From Marsupella aquatica (lineage: Eukaryota > Plantae > Marchantiophyta), in NCBI GenBank assembly GCA_973895155.1, contig OZ316897.1, positions 8,889,832-8,953,831 of the forward strand: a stretch of 64,000 bases of DNA, given 5' to 3'. Below the pieces are notes generated by a model that made no database searches, was not told where the DNA came from, and saw nothing but the letters and a program-made list of their open reading frames with translations. This document shows positions 14,401 through 25,113 of this stretch, one piece after another. The position numbers and the translations under genes were made by a program. Within the stretch, counting starts at the first letter, position 1; every line of letters begins with the position of its first letter.

Positions 14401-15048
14401 GTCAATATGTGTAGAGGATTGCAGTGGTTCTTTCCGCCCGGACATTTTATTGGCATTAGAACCACTGCTGCCACTTGAACCTGGTTTCTTGAAAAAGAAA
14501 TTGCGGACAGGTTTGAACTCTTCACCCACAAGTCTCTTGTACTCAGCGTTCACCCTTAGAAGCATGATGACATCACAATCTTGCACATACTGGCCGATCC
14601 AAGCCGAACCCATAACATTCATCTCTCTTGCTACCCGAACTTCGGCAACAAGGGGATCTTCTGGATAACTGTCCATCGATTTCTCATCAAAGTTATCGAG
14701 AGTAACAATGAGAGATGTGAAACCCTTGCGCCCACACATTGTCAAGAAACTAAGGCCCTCTGTCAACACTTTTTCCTCCCCGTGGCCAACCATGAACTCA
14801 ACGACGGCAACAGCAATAACAGGGCCATACGAAACATTAACCTTCGCCAATTTTTGCAACTGGACCCAAAGGATTGGGGTAGCACAATCTTCAAAACCTA
14901 TGGACTATAATCAAGCGTCACGGAAGTACTATGACTTCTTGATACACTTGACCTCTTCACAAATGTCTTCACTCATCCAAATTGCATTGGTGAGGCTTGT
15001 CATGAGACTTTCTGCCTCAGCAGATCCACTCTTTCCACTAGCAGCCAT
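11462..15048 (-). pseudogene. ParB/Srx-like domain + beta-class N4C/N6A DNA methyltransferase fusion (~1050 aa); 3 exons (15048-14080, 13905-12829, 12577-11462); 7 in-frame stops, no frameshifts
   Basis: ParB-like IRPVD...YRIIGGNH..A..EL...AWVY.GLT...HN. MTase motifs in beta order: LHVGD, AVADILY (motif IV-like), VNPYQKP, WVIDLCCGTGST..A...R...IDK. Both GT-AG introns are phase 0. Confidence 0.85.
12622..12803. repeat. Intronic tandem repeat, ~75 bp x 2.5, with degenerate CCGATAAAAATC half-palindromes
   Basis: GAATGCTAAAGCCGATAAAAATCTTGCGAT recurs at ~12622, ~12697 and ~12772, inside intron 2 of the MTase gene. Confidence 0.85.
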
Positions 15049-15284
15049 GGCAAAGTCTGCAAATAAACAAATTCTAATGCAAAGAGCGATAAAATTATTG
15101 CCGCCAATCTCACAGCACATGTGAACACGACATCTCATCACACAAGGACAAAGAGACCCGCAATGCAAATGACCGATAAAATTTTCGCAAAAGTGAGCCT
15201 TCTTTAAATTGACGGCCGAGTGTATAGGTCAAAAAATCAGCTACGGAACCCTAAATCCAAAACCTTTACCCCCAAACCTAAACC

Positions 15285-15999
15285 CTAATCATAGTTGAAC
15301 CTCGCCAGAGTGAAGCGTTCGATCCGCTTCTTGGGCCATTGGGGAATATGAGTGACGCGATGATCATAAGCCCACAACCAATGGAAATCAACTTCACTAG
15401 TCTCAGGATTCACTACTGCTACTAAATACCGGCGTGACGGAATGTCACAACAAGCATTTGTGCAGCATGGACAGATCTCACCATTGGCAAGGACGTTCAT
15501 CCACAGGCAACTTACATAGATCAAGTTAAAGAGCGCACAGACCGGCTCGGGGGGGGAGTTGACGAATCTTGTATGAATATAGTTTCCCACCAGTGTCAAT
15601 AAAAAACTTGGTGGCAAGAGGATTGTCCAGCTCGTCAATCACATCCTGAATCTCATTGAATGCTCTACGTCTATTGTCGGCATAGAATTCTGGCTCATAA
15701 GCAGGATCGCCTTTCACAACATGACAGCAGTGGAGTATAAAACGTCTTACTGCACCGGTTTTCAGAAAGAGTAGGATAACTCTTCTAGAAAATCCAACAT
15801 ATCTATCCCACCAAATATAAATTTCTCCCCCTACCTGATCTACGTAGAAGTGAAATGCGTTATGGTAAAACGGTTTTACTACCAGCCTGCATATCTTTAA
15901 AATTAGTGACTCATCCAGCCTCCTTAGCTGGTCCAGCATGGCTCCATTCCCCCATTCTGGAGGATCCGGGTAGGGTACAAAAATGCGTCGCTCAAGCAT
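15285..15999 (-). pseudogene. Orphan cargo ORF of the Sola1-like element (two overlapping frames, probably one frameshifted gene)
   Basis: ORFs 15526-15999 and 15285-15638 overlap, have globular-looking composition and a Cys cluster (CPCCTNACC). No family recognised. Confidence 0.4.
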
Positions 16000-16314
16000 G
16001 GCCTGATCACCGGATAGAAATCAGGAATAAATTTTGGAGAACATACTAATTACAATTCTACAAGTTTCATCCAACTTTACAGTAGCTTGTATAACGGGTT
16101 GTGAAGCCAATGCACTTGTCAACTAATCGTCCGAAGAGGCGCAAACAAATACACTCTGGACCACACATCCCAAAGTTAGGGGAGGCAGAGTCAATTACAT
16201 TCAAAGTGTTTCTTTACAAGCTCTTCTCGAGCAAACCTTAGAGCACCCAAAATCGACTAGAGGAATGAGGAGTGCGATATTTTTATCAAATTTTTGCAGC
16301 AGTGCCTCATCCAC

Positions 16315-16844
16315 TCAGACTCGTCCATGCCATGCAAGAATTGTCCGCTTTCCGCTTTCTCCAAGATATATCCAAACTCTACGAAACTGATCTAACTGCT
16401 CATACAAAAAGCACCCAAGCATATCTATGGGAGGGAGGAAATGAGTTTCCTCTCGGAAGACCCTAGCAATATGTATGTTTGAGAGAAGGTCGGCATTAGG
16501 AATGCTTGCGAGCATTTTGTTTATGTCATTGATCTCACGGACTGCATATTTCAATAGCGCCCAAAATCGTGTACCAACAACAAGGTGGCTCCAAGACAAA
16601 TGATTGTTCTTATTCGAGTCAGTCATTCTTCTGGTAGAAGTTTTGGGTCAAGGCCAAGATGTTCATCTTGTGTGCAAGACAAGGCTAGGAGGGGCCAAAT
16701 GTGAGATTCAACGAGTTCATCGGGAAGTCCATTCAACAAACTTCCGCATTCCACACCGGGCACTTTTCCTCGAATATATTTCCTACGCTCGTGGGCTAAA
16801 AAGGATCCCATCTTTGCAACGATTAGATTCTCCGATGCAGCCAT
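16315..16844 (-). pseudogene. F-box-like cargo ORF (stop + frameshift)
   Basis: SLLNGLPDELVESHIWPLL...LTRIRTII...SWSHLV..TRFW resembles the F-box consensus LP.E....I...L...L..V...W..LV. Confidence 0.55.
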
Positions 16845-17499
16845 GAAGCATAGCTACCAAAACCACCAATAAAAATACCTTCAATCACCAGGTGTAACCG
16901 AACACATCCACAGTACCAACCCTGCATGACAGTTTAACGATTAGGACTCGTGACATATTATATTCGCTGCGCAAGGGTAGGACTTGTTTATTTAAATATG
17001 TCCTTACAAGACACGCCTCAATGAAAAGGTCGAAACACTCATCGTGAAAGGTTCACCCAAGGGTCTTCATTCCAAATCTTACAATAGAAGTGAGCCTGTT
17101 TGTGGTACTTGTTGTCAAGACGACGACAACAATAGTTACAAGAAAACTCCAAAGAATGTAAACACACCGTTAACATCAACCTCGAACGAATTGGAATTCC
17201 TGCATCATTCATTTCGCAGAATTCAATGCGGAGAGAGTTCTGCCTATCTCCAGGATCAGTACCACCCATCCACAATGCTCCTATACCAATGGGGAGAACT
17301 TTGAGTCGCAAGAGTCTCTTGTCAACCGGCGTGCACGTTTGACACAATTTTTAAGGAAGATAACCATTTGTCACAATACCTGTTGTCCACGGAGTGCAAT
17401 CGACCTTCCGTTGTGCCTCCTAAACCCGGCAACACTGTGACATCAGAGATGAAGATGAATCTCCAAACAAAACAAAGGAAAATGATTCTCACAGGAGGA

Positions 17500-17833
17500 T
17501 GCGATAAGTTTATCGCACTCCGCATTCGAATTGAAAATATGACTTCCTCAGACACCTAAGCCCTGAATTCAATCTTTCACAAAAATGACAACTCCGATAA
17601 ATTTATCGGATTCTCAATTACTCCTCTTTCCATGAAAGGAATGAAGACTCCGATAAATTTATCGGAATGAAGGCAACACCTCTCTAAACACTGGATCAAA
17701 TGATTTCAATAGAGGAATGCAGAATGCGATAAATTTATCGCAGTCCGCTTGGATCTAGACATTTTACACTAAATGACTAGTTAGTCTTACATGGAGAACT
17801 TGAATAGGAATGGCTGTTTCGATAAATTTATCG
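17500..17833. repeat. Right subterminal cluster of 14-18 bp palindromes
   Basis: TGCGATAAGTTTATCGCA at 17500, TCCGATAAATTTATCGGA at 17593 and 17649, TGCGATAAATTTATCGCA at 17725, CGATAAATTTATCG at 17820. Confidence 0.95.
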
Positions 17834-19859
17834 GGTTTTCGGTAGAAAGAGTCGAATCGCTTGAGAGGAATGTAAGACTCGATGGGAGTTTGGTATTCGC
17901 TCTCAGTCAGGAGATATTTGCTCTGGCAAAAGCAAACGTTTTATGGGCAGCCCGCTCCTCTTTACATAGGAGATGCTCTAAACCATGGTTAATTTCCCAT
18001 TAACCATGGTTAAGTTTCCCCTTTACCTGGGTTAGTGCGTGGTCGTTCCTGGATTACGCTGTTCGGACCAAGTTACTCGCAGTTTGGACTTTTTCACTGA
18101 CGGAATGTAAAACCCAATGCATGTATCGCTCCCTGCATTCCCACGGCGATGCAATGAAGGAAAGTGGCGTTTCAAAGAGTTTTTGCCAGTTTTATCGGTC
18201 ATTGCATTGCCTTAAAAAAAAACAGGATCGGGCTAAACAAGAACTCCAACACACTTCTCGGTCGGTCCAAAATCGTGTTAAATCCTGGTTGTCCAGGAAC
18301 AATAGCTTGGCCAGCTCCGTGTTGGGGATCAACCTATGTGTACAATGAAAGTATATCCCCTCTGTACGGAACTCTAATCCCGCCTCCATGTTCCAAGTCC
18401 TATTTTGGGGAATCCTGATCTCTACCCGCATGAAATTGGTGAGACCTGTGGCCTGAAAAATCTCCTTGCACTCCTCCATCATCTTGGCAGAAGTCCGGGG
18501 GTAGACTCTTCGGAAAACCCTCCTCTCAACGGATGCGCTACGGGTATCTGGTCGGATACTCATGGCTGTGTGTCTTCCTTTTCTCTCTTTAGCAATTTGC
18601 GACGCAATGTAGTCCCGGTAAGCAGCCTTGTACCTACGAATGCAAGCCGCACTGAACTCAGGCTGATCAAGCATCCATACTCCGGAAAAATCCCTTGATC
18701 ACGAAATCCCGTCACAAAATCCGGTAGCAAAATTCAAACCCTGGCCCGAACGGCCCCCGTCACTCGATCAAGAACCACTCTCAATTCCCAGAAGTCACCC
18801 AATGCTGCCACTGTTGCTATCGTCACAAGATCTCAATAAAATTTCATAGCTCTCCAAGCCAAGCGCCAAGGGATTACTTCAAAAAAATGGGGAGATATGT
18901 CGAGAGCTTTCAGCAATGAGGTGTGGGAAAAAAATGCATTTGCTTTTTGCACTTGGGTGAGTTACTCCCGGCTTGCGGCCTCCTCCTTGCGCCTACTATC
19001 CCACTCGTGGGAGCTTTTACTCCTGCTTGCCTCCTCCTGCTGGGGCTTGCTACTCCTGGGGCGGCCCTCCGTCTCGCGCCTGCTGCCTCCCAACTTGCGG
19101 GCACGCAGCCCTACGCTGGGCCCTCCACCTGGCGCCCCACGGCTCTCGGGCTCCTCCTCCCCGGCTGACTCCGCCTGGCGCCCCACGGCTCGCGGGCTCC
19201 TGTCTCCCGGCAGTGTTTTAATGCTCCTGGCTCCTTCCTCTGATAGAGGGTTTTTTAAACCCCTCTAAAGCCTCCCCACTAAATTGGGCCTCCACAAAGG
19301 GTCCCCATAGCCGGGCCCCCCTAGTCTAGCCGCTCCCCAATATTACACCGGGGCCAAGAAAAACTGCCAGGGTCTCCAAATATTAATTGGTGGTATCCCC
19401 TTAAGATGCCTAATTTTCTTCTCCCACAACGACAAGACCCAAGAGAGCAAAGGGTCAGTTAAAAAAATAGTTCCTCCCGGGTTCAAATAGCTCCGGCCCT
19501 CCAGAGCAACATGAACACACACCGGGATGATTAACTTTTGAGAAATTAAAAAAAAATGAAAAATTCTTGTGTATATTGGCTTATTTATTTACATGCATCT
19601 TGCCAATAACACCTAACGGTGACTTTTCGAGACGGGGACCCCGTCACAACCTAGTTCTATGTCTTTTTCATCTGCCGCTGCTCCATATCTCTTTCACCTC
19701 CATAGTCACCACATTCACCGCCGCGCCATTGCTCCATTGCTCCCTCCTGCCGCTCCATGTTCAGATCATATGCTTTTCTCCACCCTTCCTAAGAGAAATG
19801 TGCAAAAAGAAACCAAGCATCTTTAGTGGCAATGTACTTAAAAGTTGTTCTAAGTAAAC

Positions 19860-20945
19860 GATGTTTTTTTGTGAGTAAAATGACTTTTTATGGATTCATT
19901 TTTAATGTGCCAGCAACACAGGAGTGGGAAATAAGCAGGTTGAGCTGCAGCCAATGGCACTTTGCCATGTTGCAACAGTAGGCCCGACACCAATGACCAC
20001 AGAGGTTCAGTTATGTTTACTGAGGCAATACCAACCCATATCCAAAATGGGGGTCAGATAGATTAGTAAATAAATTTGTTTGAGGGACACCTTACTAAAC
20101 TCCGTTAGTTTGAGAGACAGGTTAATAAAAGCTATTTAATTATAATTACAGAGGAGATCGAAAGAAATTGAAAAGCTTCCATGTTTCAATTGAGAACTTT
20201 CTAGTTTTATTGTGAATGAGAACTCCAAATTTTATTCTGAATTTTTTCCACCAGCTTATAATACCCGGTTTAACACTGGTGTGTGGGTTTTACTTTTGGA
20301 TTTGCTAGAATGATTAGTGAGGTGAGTAACTCTAGTAGTTGTGAATATCGTCCAATATAATCCCTTCCATCTTGGCATGGCCCGAGTGTTAAGTTTGCCC
20401 TGTGGGCTTTACTTTTGAGTTTGCTGGTTTAGTTGAGGTGAGTAATTCTAGCACTTGTCAATACCATCCAATGGAATCACTTCCATCCTATCGGTCAGAA
20501 TAACATAATGCAAGCACTTCAATTACACGTTTGCCAATGCAGTCTTCGACACCATTGCTTTGATGTGTAATCACATCCTGAAAATTTAGACATACACTTC
20601 CAGATGGCACACACATGATGCAATGATAAGCCCTTAATTTACGTGAGCTGACAATGTGTAAACCAAAATGAGTGGATAGCCACGGAAATAAGTTACAAGT
20701 AAAATTACAGGTACACAACCAACACTCCAGCTCGATGGAAATACCTACTTTAAGTTCCACCAAATCCACTCGTAAAGGTTACAGAGGGCAGACAAACTGA
20801 GCAAATTCGATTCAGAAAGAAGACTAATTTCCGATTCTCATATCCCTACGTTCATGTATTGTGATAACAATGCCAGATTCCCGATCAATCAGCTGTTCTA
20901 CACCCAGAGCACCCTTTCCAAGGTCACTATCCGACCATGGATCCA
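19860..20945. repeat. Duplicated block B (right arm of the foldback MITE + NLR-downstream sequence)
   Basis: Homologous to ~24790-26040, and in part to ~21940-22510. Confidence 0.85.
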
Positions 20946-21150
20946 TGGCGTGTGAGAGTTTTCTGCCCTTTCAAAATGCAACTCCACGATTGATTTCGAG
21001 GGCATGAGTTCGGGTTCCGCTCGTCTACCATGGAAATTCCGGTGCTTCATGTAGACGTAGTTCTGCTCTCCATTTGTGACCGACGCCTACTTCGCATTCT
21101 GCGGGTAATACTTGAAAAGCCTGTGGCAAGCTTTATCTACGGAAGCCGGA

Positions 21151-21940
21151 TTGAGAGCGTGTGTAGCCCATGAATCCAGGACTTCCCTGCTCGATTAATC
21201 TGGTAGAGTGACTCAGCAATCTTCGTCCGAATCTACCCTAGGAGCCATTTCGATCTCCATTTTAGAGTTTTCACAGTTCTAGGACAAATGTTACGGCTAA
21301 GTCATTGATATGTAAACAACGAATGGTTTCGAGCTCAATGATACAGCAACATGATCACAGAAATATATGAATTCCATGTCGCTAAACATTCTGTCCTACT
21401 GTTCGAAAGCAACACCGCCCTGTATGGCAGTTCTTGCCAATACCTTGCCCGAAGTATCTGACCCGCATATCAAAATCTGTTCCCGGAGTGCTTGAAAGCC
21501 AAGTTTGGGGATTGATTGCCTCAGCAGCACGGGTAAGGAGCACTCGATCCTTCTACAAACTTTGAAACATACGAAGACTTGATAATTCTGCAGATTTGTC
21601 ACTGAAAAGAAACCAAACATATTGAGCTGTAACCATATTGTATAAAGAAGTTGGAACGCATCAGAAATCTAAAATGACTGGGTGATGTAGAAGTGCACTG
21701 CCGGGGAGTGTGAGAAGAAAACTGAACAGCCAAATGCAACAGATTACTGTAAAAACCCGAGCCAAACCAAAAACCAAAAGCTGGCTCGACAAGTAGTTTT
21801 ACACTGGGAAATGTCGAGAGAGAAAGGTGTGTGGCTCGGCAACATGAACGTAGACGCTGCGCAGAAAGGCTCAGGGCTCATCAATGGTAATAAAGTTCGA
21901 GATTGTAGACTTCGTACTATAGAAATGAGGGACTCTTAAT
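21151..21940 (-). repeat. Duplicated block A, copy 2
   Basis: Homologous to 1-727 and 23583-24381; ends at the empty site of the MITE. Confidence 0.85.
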
Positions 21941-23119
21941 AGAATCACAAAGGAAATTGAAAGAACTTGCAGACTTTTTCATATCTCAAATCCGAACTTC
22001 TAGTTTATTCTGAATTATGTCAAATGAGAACTCCGAATTTTACTAATGCAAGCACTGTCTTCAATTTCAATACCGCATCAATACCATCCAATGCAAGCAA
22101 CTCAATTACACTGTTGCCAACGCAGTCTTTGATACAATTCCTGTGACATGTAATTGCTTCACACCCTGAAAATTGGCTAGACATACACTTGCAGGTGATG
22201 CAATGATCAGCCCTTTACGTGAGCTGATAGTGTGTTAAACAAAATGTGTGGATAGCCAAGAAAATAGCTGCAACTAAAAATTACAGGTACACAACCAACA
22301 TTCCAGCTTGATGGAACTACCTACTTTACGTTCCACTAAATCCACCCGTAAAGGTTATAGAGGGCAGACAACTGACCAAATTCGATTCAGAGTGCAGACT
22401 AACTCCGATTCTCATATCCCTACATTTATATACTGTCATAACAATGCCAGATTCGTGATCAATCAACTGTTATACAGAGGACCCTTTCCAAGGTCACAAT
22501 CCGACCATGGATCCTACTCACACTCTGGCTAATCAATCAGTGACTCATGTCCCTTCCGTGCTGCTCGCGTCTTGCCTTTCGTCGTGTCGAAAACTCCATC
22601 TCCCAGCGTTGCGTTCGACGGCCCAAGCCCTCCTTAGATGCTGTGCAAACTGCGCAAAGACCAGCCAGCATCCTCGAGTTTTGACCGTAGTTTCATTTCA
22701 AGCGAACCAGTCATCTAATATGAAACAACTCACTCATGCTTAACGTCACAATATATTCTACTTGATATGCTCCAATCAGGAAATGAGTAGTTGAGGTCCG
22801 ACGATCAAATTGTGCAAATGATAGATTTCATTTCATTCTAACTTAGAAAGCAATATCCGGTTCAAGCGCAGCAGAAATCTAGTATAATACAGCTCACTCA
22901 TGCTGCAACGACGTAATAAGTGCAATCAGGAAAACAGTAGATGAGGTTAATCACGTTGTGCAAATGATATGTCGACATCGTTTCGTTCTTGAAACACAAT
23001 ATGTGATCACATATTCACGTACCGGGGCACACATAGTCGTCAGTCTGCTCCTCCCATTCAAGCTAATGTCGAATGCGCCTAACCGACTGCTTGTGTACAA
23101 TCATCACCTTGATAGTGAT

Positions 23120-23580
23120 ATACCTCTTTTTCCACAGAAAAAACATCCATCTTCTACTGTGTACGATATCCTCGAACCTCGTCCAATTGTGCTCGGTGCA
23201 TTAGGTGTCATCAACCATGGTGGCAATGAATTGACAAGATTATCACCAAAATCGAGCTTTTTCTTTGCAGTGACGGTAAACTCTTGATGCCGTCTGGAAT
23301 GCTTGCAACAGAATAAAGAACAATTTCCAGGTGACGAAGATCCTTCAAGTCTCCAAACGAGTTCAGTGTCATGTCCTCAGCCACACGTATCTTCACAAAT
23401 TGAAGTTTCTTGAGTTGCCCTAAAGATTCGGGCAAAGTGTCCAATGTGTAATCCATTTCAAGATTCTCCAAGGCAGCGAGTTGTCCGAAGGTGTCTGGCA
23501 AGGTGCGTAATTTGTCGCAGTAGATTAATTCAAGCTGGTTCAAGGAGGACAGTCCCCCGAATGACTCAGGCAAGGTGGAT
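23120..23580 (-). pseudogene. Truncated paralogous copy of the NLR LRR C-terminus, fused to block A
   Basis: TLPESFGGLSSLNQLELIYCDKLRTLPDTFGQLAALENLEMD...DLKDLRHLEI matches the last LRRs of the 26637-28217 exon. Downstream 22500-23120 matches 26030-26640. Frameshifted near SLQR. Confidence 0.9.
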
Positions 23581-23582
23581 CG

Positions 23583-24381
23583 AATGGCAGATGGTTTTTG
23601 CACAGCACTTGAGAGCGTGTGTCGCCCATAAATCAAGAACTTCCCTGCTCGATTAATCTGGTAGAATGACTTAGCAATCTTCGTCCGACGCTACCCTATG
23701 AGCCATCTCGATCTCTATTTAGATTGAAACCGTTCTAGCACAAATGTAACGGCTACGTCATTGGTATGTAAACAACGAAGGGTTTTGAGCTCAATGATAT
23801 TAATTAGAGCATCATCATTACAGAAATAGATAAATTTCATGTCGGTAGACATTCCATCCTGCTGTTCGAAAGTCATACCGGCCTCTACGACAGTTCTTTC
23901 CTTCCCTCGCCCGAAGTTTCTAGCCCGCAAATCAAAAATATGTTCCCAGAGTGCTTGAAATCCAAGTTTGGGAGTGATTGCCCCGGGAGCACGGGTGGTG
24001 AACACTCGATCCTTCTACAAACTTTGAAAGCTACGAAGACGGGATAATCCTGCAGTTTTGGCACTGAAAAGAAACCAAAAATATTGAGCATATGTAGGAT
24101 GAAGTTGGAACGCATTAGAAGACTAATCTACAAATAATAAGACTGGGTGATGTAGAAGAAAAATGAACAGCCAATGGAACAGAATAGTAATGTAGAAACG
24201 CGAACAAAAGCAAAAACTCAAGCTGACTCGACAAGTATTTTACACTTGGGAAAATGTCGCCAGGGAGAAAGGTGTGACTCGCCTACAATAGTGTAGACGC
24301 TGGGCAGAAATGCTCGAGGCTCATCGGTTATTGAGATCGAGATTGTTGACTTAGTGCTATAGAAATGAGGGAGTTTTTAAT
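23583..24381 (-). repeat. Duplicated block A, copy 3
   Basis: Homologous to 1-727 and 21151-21940. Confidence 0.85.
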
Positions 24382-25113
24382 AAGAGCTTTTTATTAACCT
24401 CTCCCCCGACTAACCCAATTTATCAAGGTGTCCTCCAACCATCTGTCCCCCCAAACTAAGGGCATATAGTAAGGTGTCCCCCACACAAACTTATTTACTA
24501 ACCTTACCTCCATTTGGTATATGGGTTAGTATTGCCTCAATAATGTAACTCAGTGTTTGTCCTCTTTGGTGTAGGGCCTCCCATTATCAAGTGGCAAGGC
24601 ACCATTGGCTGCAGGCTTAACCTGCTTATCTCCCGCTTTCCTGTGCTGTCTGGTGGAGTTCCAGGCCATCAATAGCAGCCAAACTCTACTGCAGGGCAAA
24701 AAAGTGTTGTATTGTGAAGAAAAATCACAACAAAATGTACTTTTGTGAAGGAAAATGATGATTTTTTGTTTTCTAAGTAAAAACCACAATCTTGATGTCT
24801 GTTGTGAGTAAAAATGACTTTTACAGATTCATTTTTTATTTGAGGCAGAAAAGTTCAGCTGCATTTGTTGGCCTGGAACTTTTGGCCGGCAACACAGGGA
24901 AGGGGGAAATAAGCAGGTTGAGCCTGCAGCCAATGGCGCCTTGCCATGTTGCAACAGGAGGCCTAGACCAATGACTCTAATAGAGGTTGAGTTATGTTTA
25001 CTGAGGTAATACCACCCACATCCAAAAGGGGGGTCAGATTAGTAAATAAATTTGTTTGAGAGACACCTTACTAAATTCAGTTAGTTTGGGGGACAGGTTA
25101 ACAAAAGGCTGTC
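24382..25113. mobile_element. Foldback/MITE, ~730 bp, with ~330-bp imperfect inverted arms
   Basis: AAGAGCTTTTTATTAACCTCTCCCCCGACTAAC... vs ...GTTAGTTTGGGGGACAGGTTAACAAAAGGCTGTC; internal IR CCATTGGCTGCAGGCT/AGCCTGCAGCCAATGG. TAAT on both sides; empty paralogous site near 21935. Confidence 0.8.

Larger units (their letters stand above)
6451..18279 (+). mobile_element. Complete 11,829-bp Sola1-like (DUF7869-type DDD transposase) DNA transposon carrying a DNA methyltransferase and other cargo
   Basis: Left TIR AACACGATTTTCGGACCGAATGAGAACT (6451-6478) vs reverse complement of the right end AACACGATTTT-GGACCGACCGAGAAGT (18253-18279). 4-bp TSD AAAT at 6447-6450 and 18280-18283. Excision restores the host ORF. 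Confidence 0.9.
5142..18674 (-). pseudogene. Retroelement accessory ORF (plant-transposon-protein-like N-terminus + coiled coil), split by the 6451-18279 insertion
   Basis: 18674-18284 (...LLFLDNQD) joins 6450-6239 (FTFQPAEPPEIL...) in frame when the insert and one AAAT are removed. It continues through TGA TGA in frame into the 5417-6205 coiled-coil ORF. Confidence 0.75.
3864..19648 (-). mobile_element. LTR-like unit E1 (~3.95 kb once the nested element is removed), containing a decayed coiled-coil ORF
   Basis: Termini TGTCACC(3864)...CCGTCACA(19648). Both ends are homologous to the TSD-flanked unit at 41695-43738. Flanks TACTA/ACCTA do not form a clean TSD. Confidence 0.7.

Noticed and set aside
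11462-15048. Bacterial contamination as the source of the MTase
   Set aside because: The gene has spliceosomal GT-AG introns and lies in a TSD-flanked element nested in plant retroelement sequence.
17979-18013. Second palindrome AACCATGGTT, two copies near the right TIR
   Set aside because: Only two local copies and no counterpart at the left end; insufficient to call a functional site.
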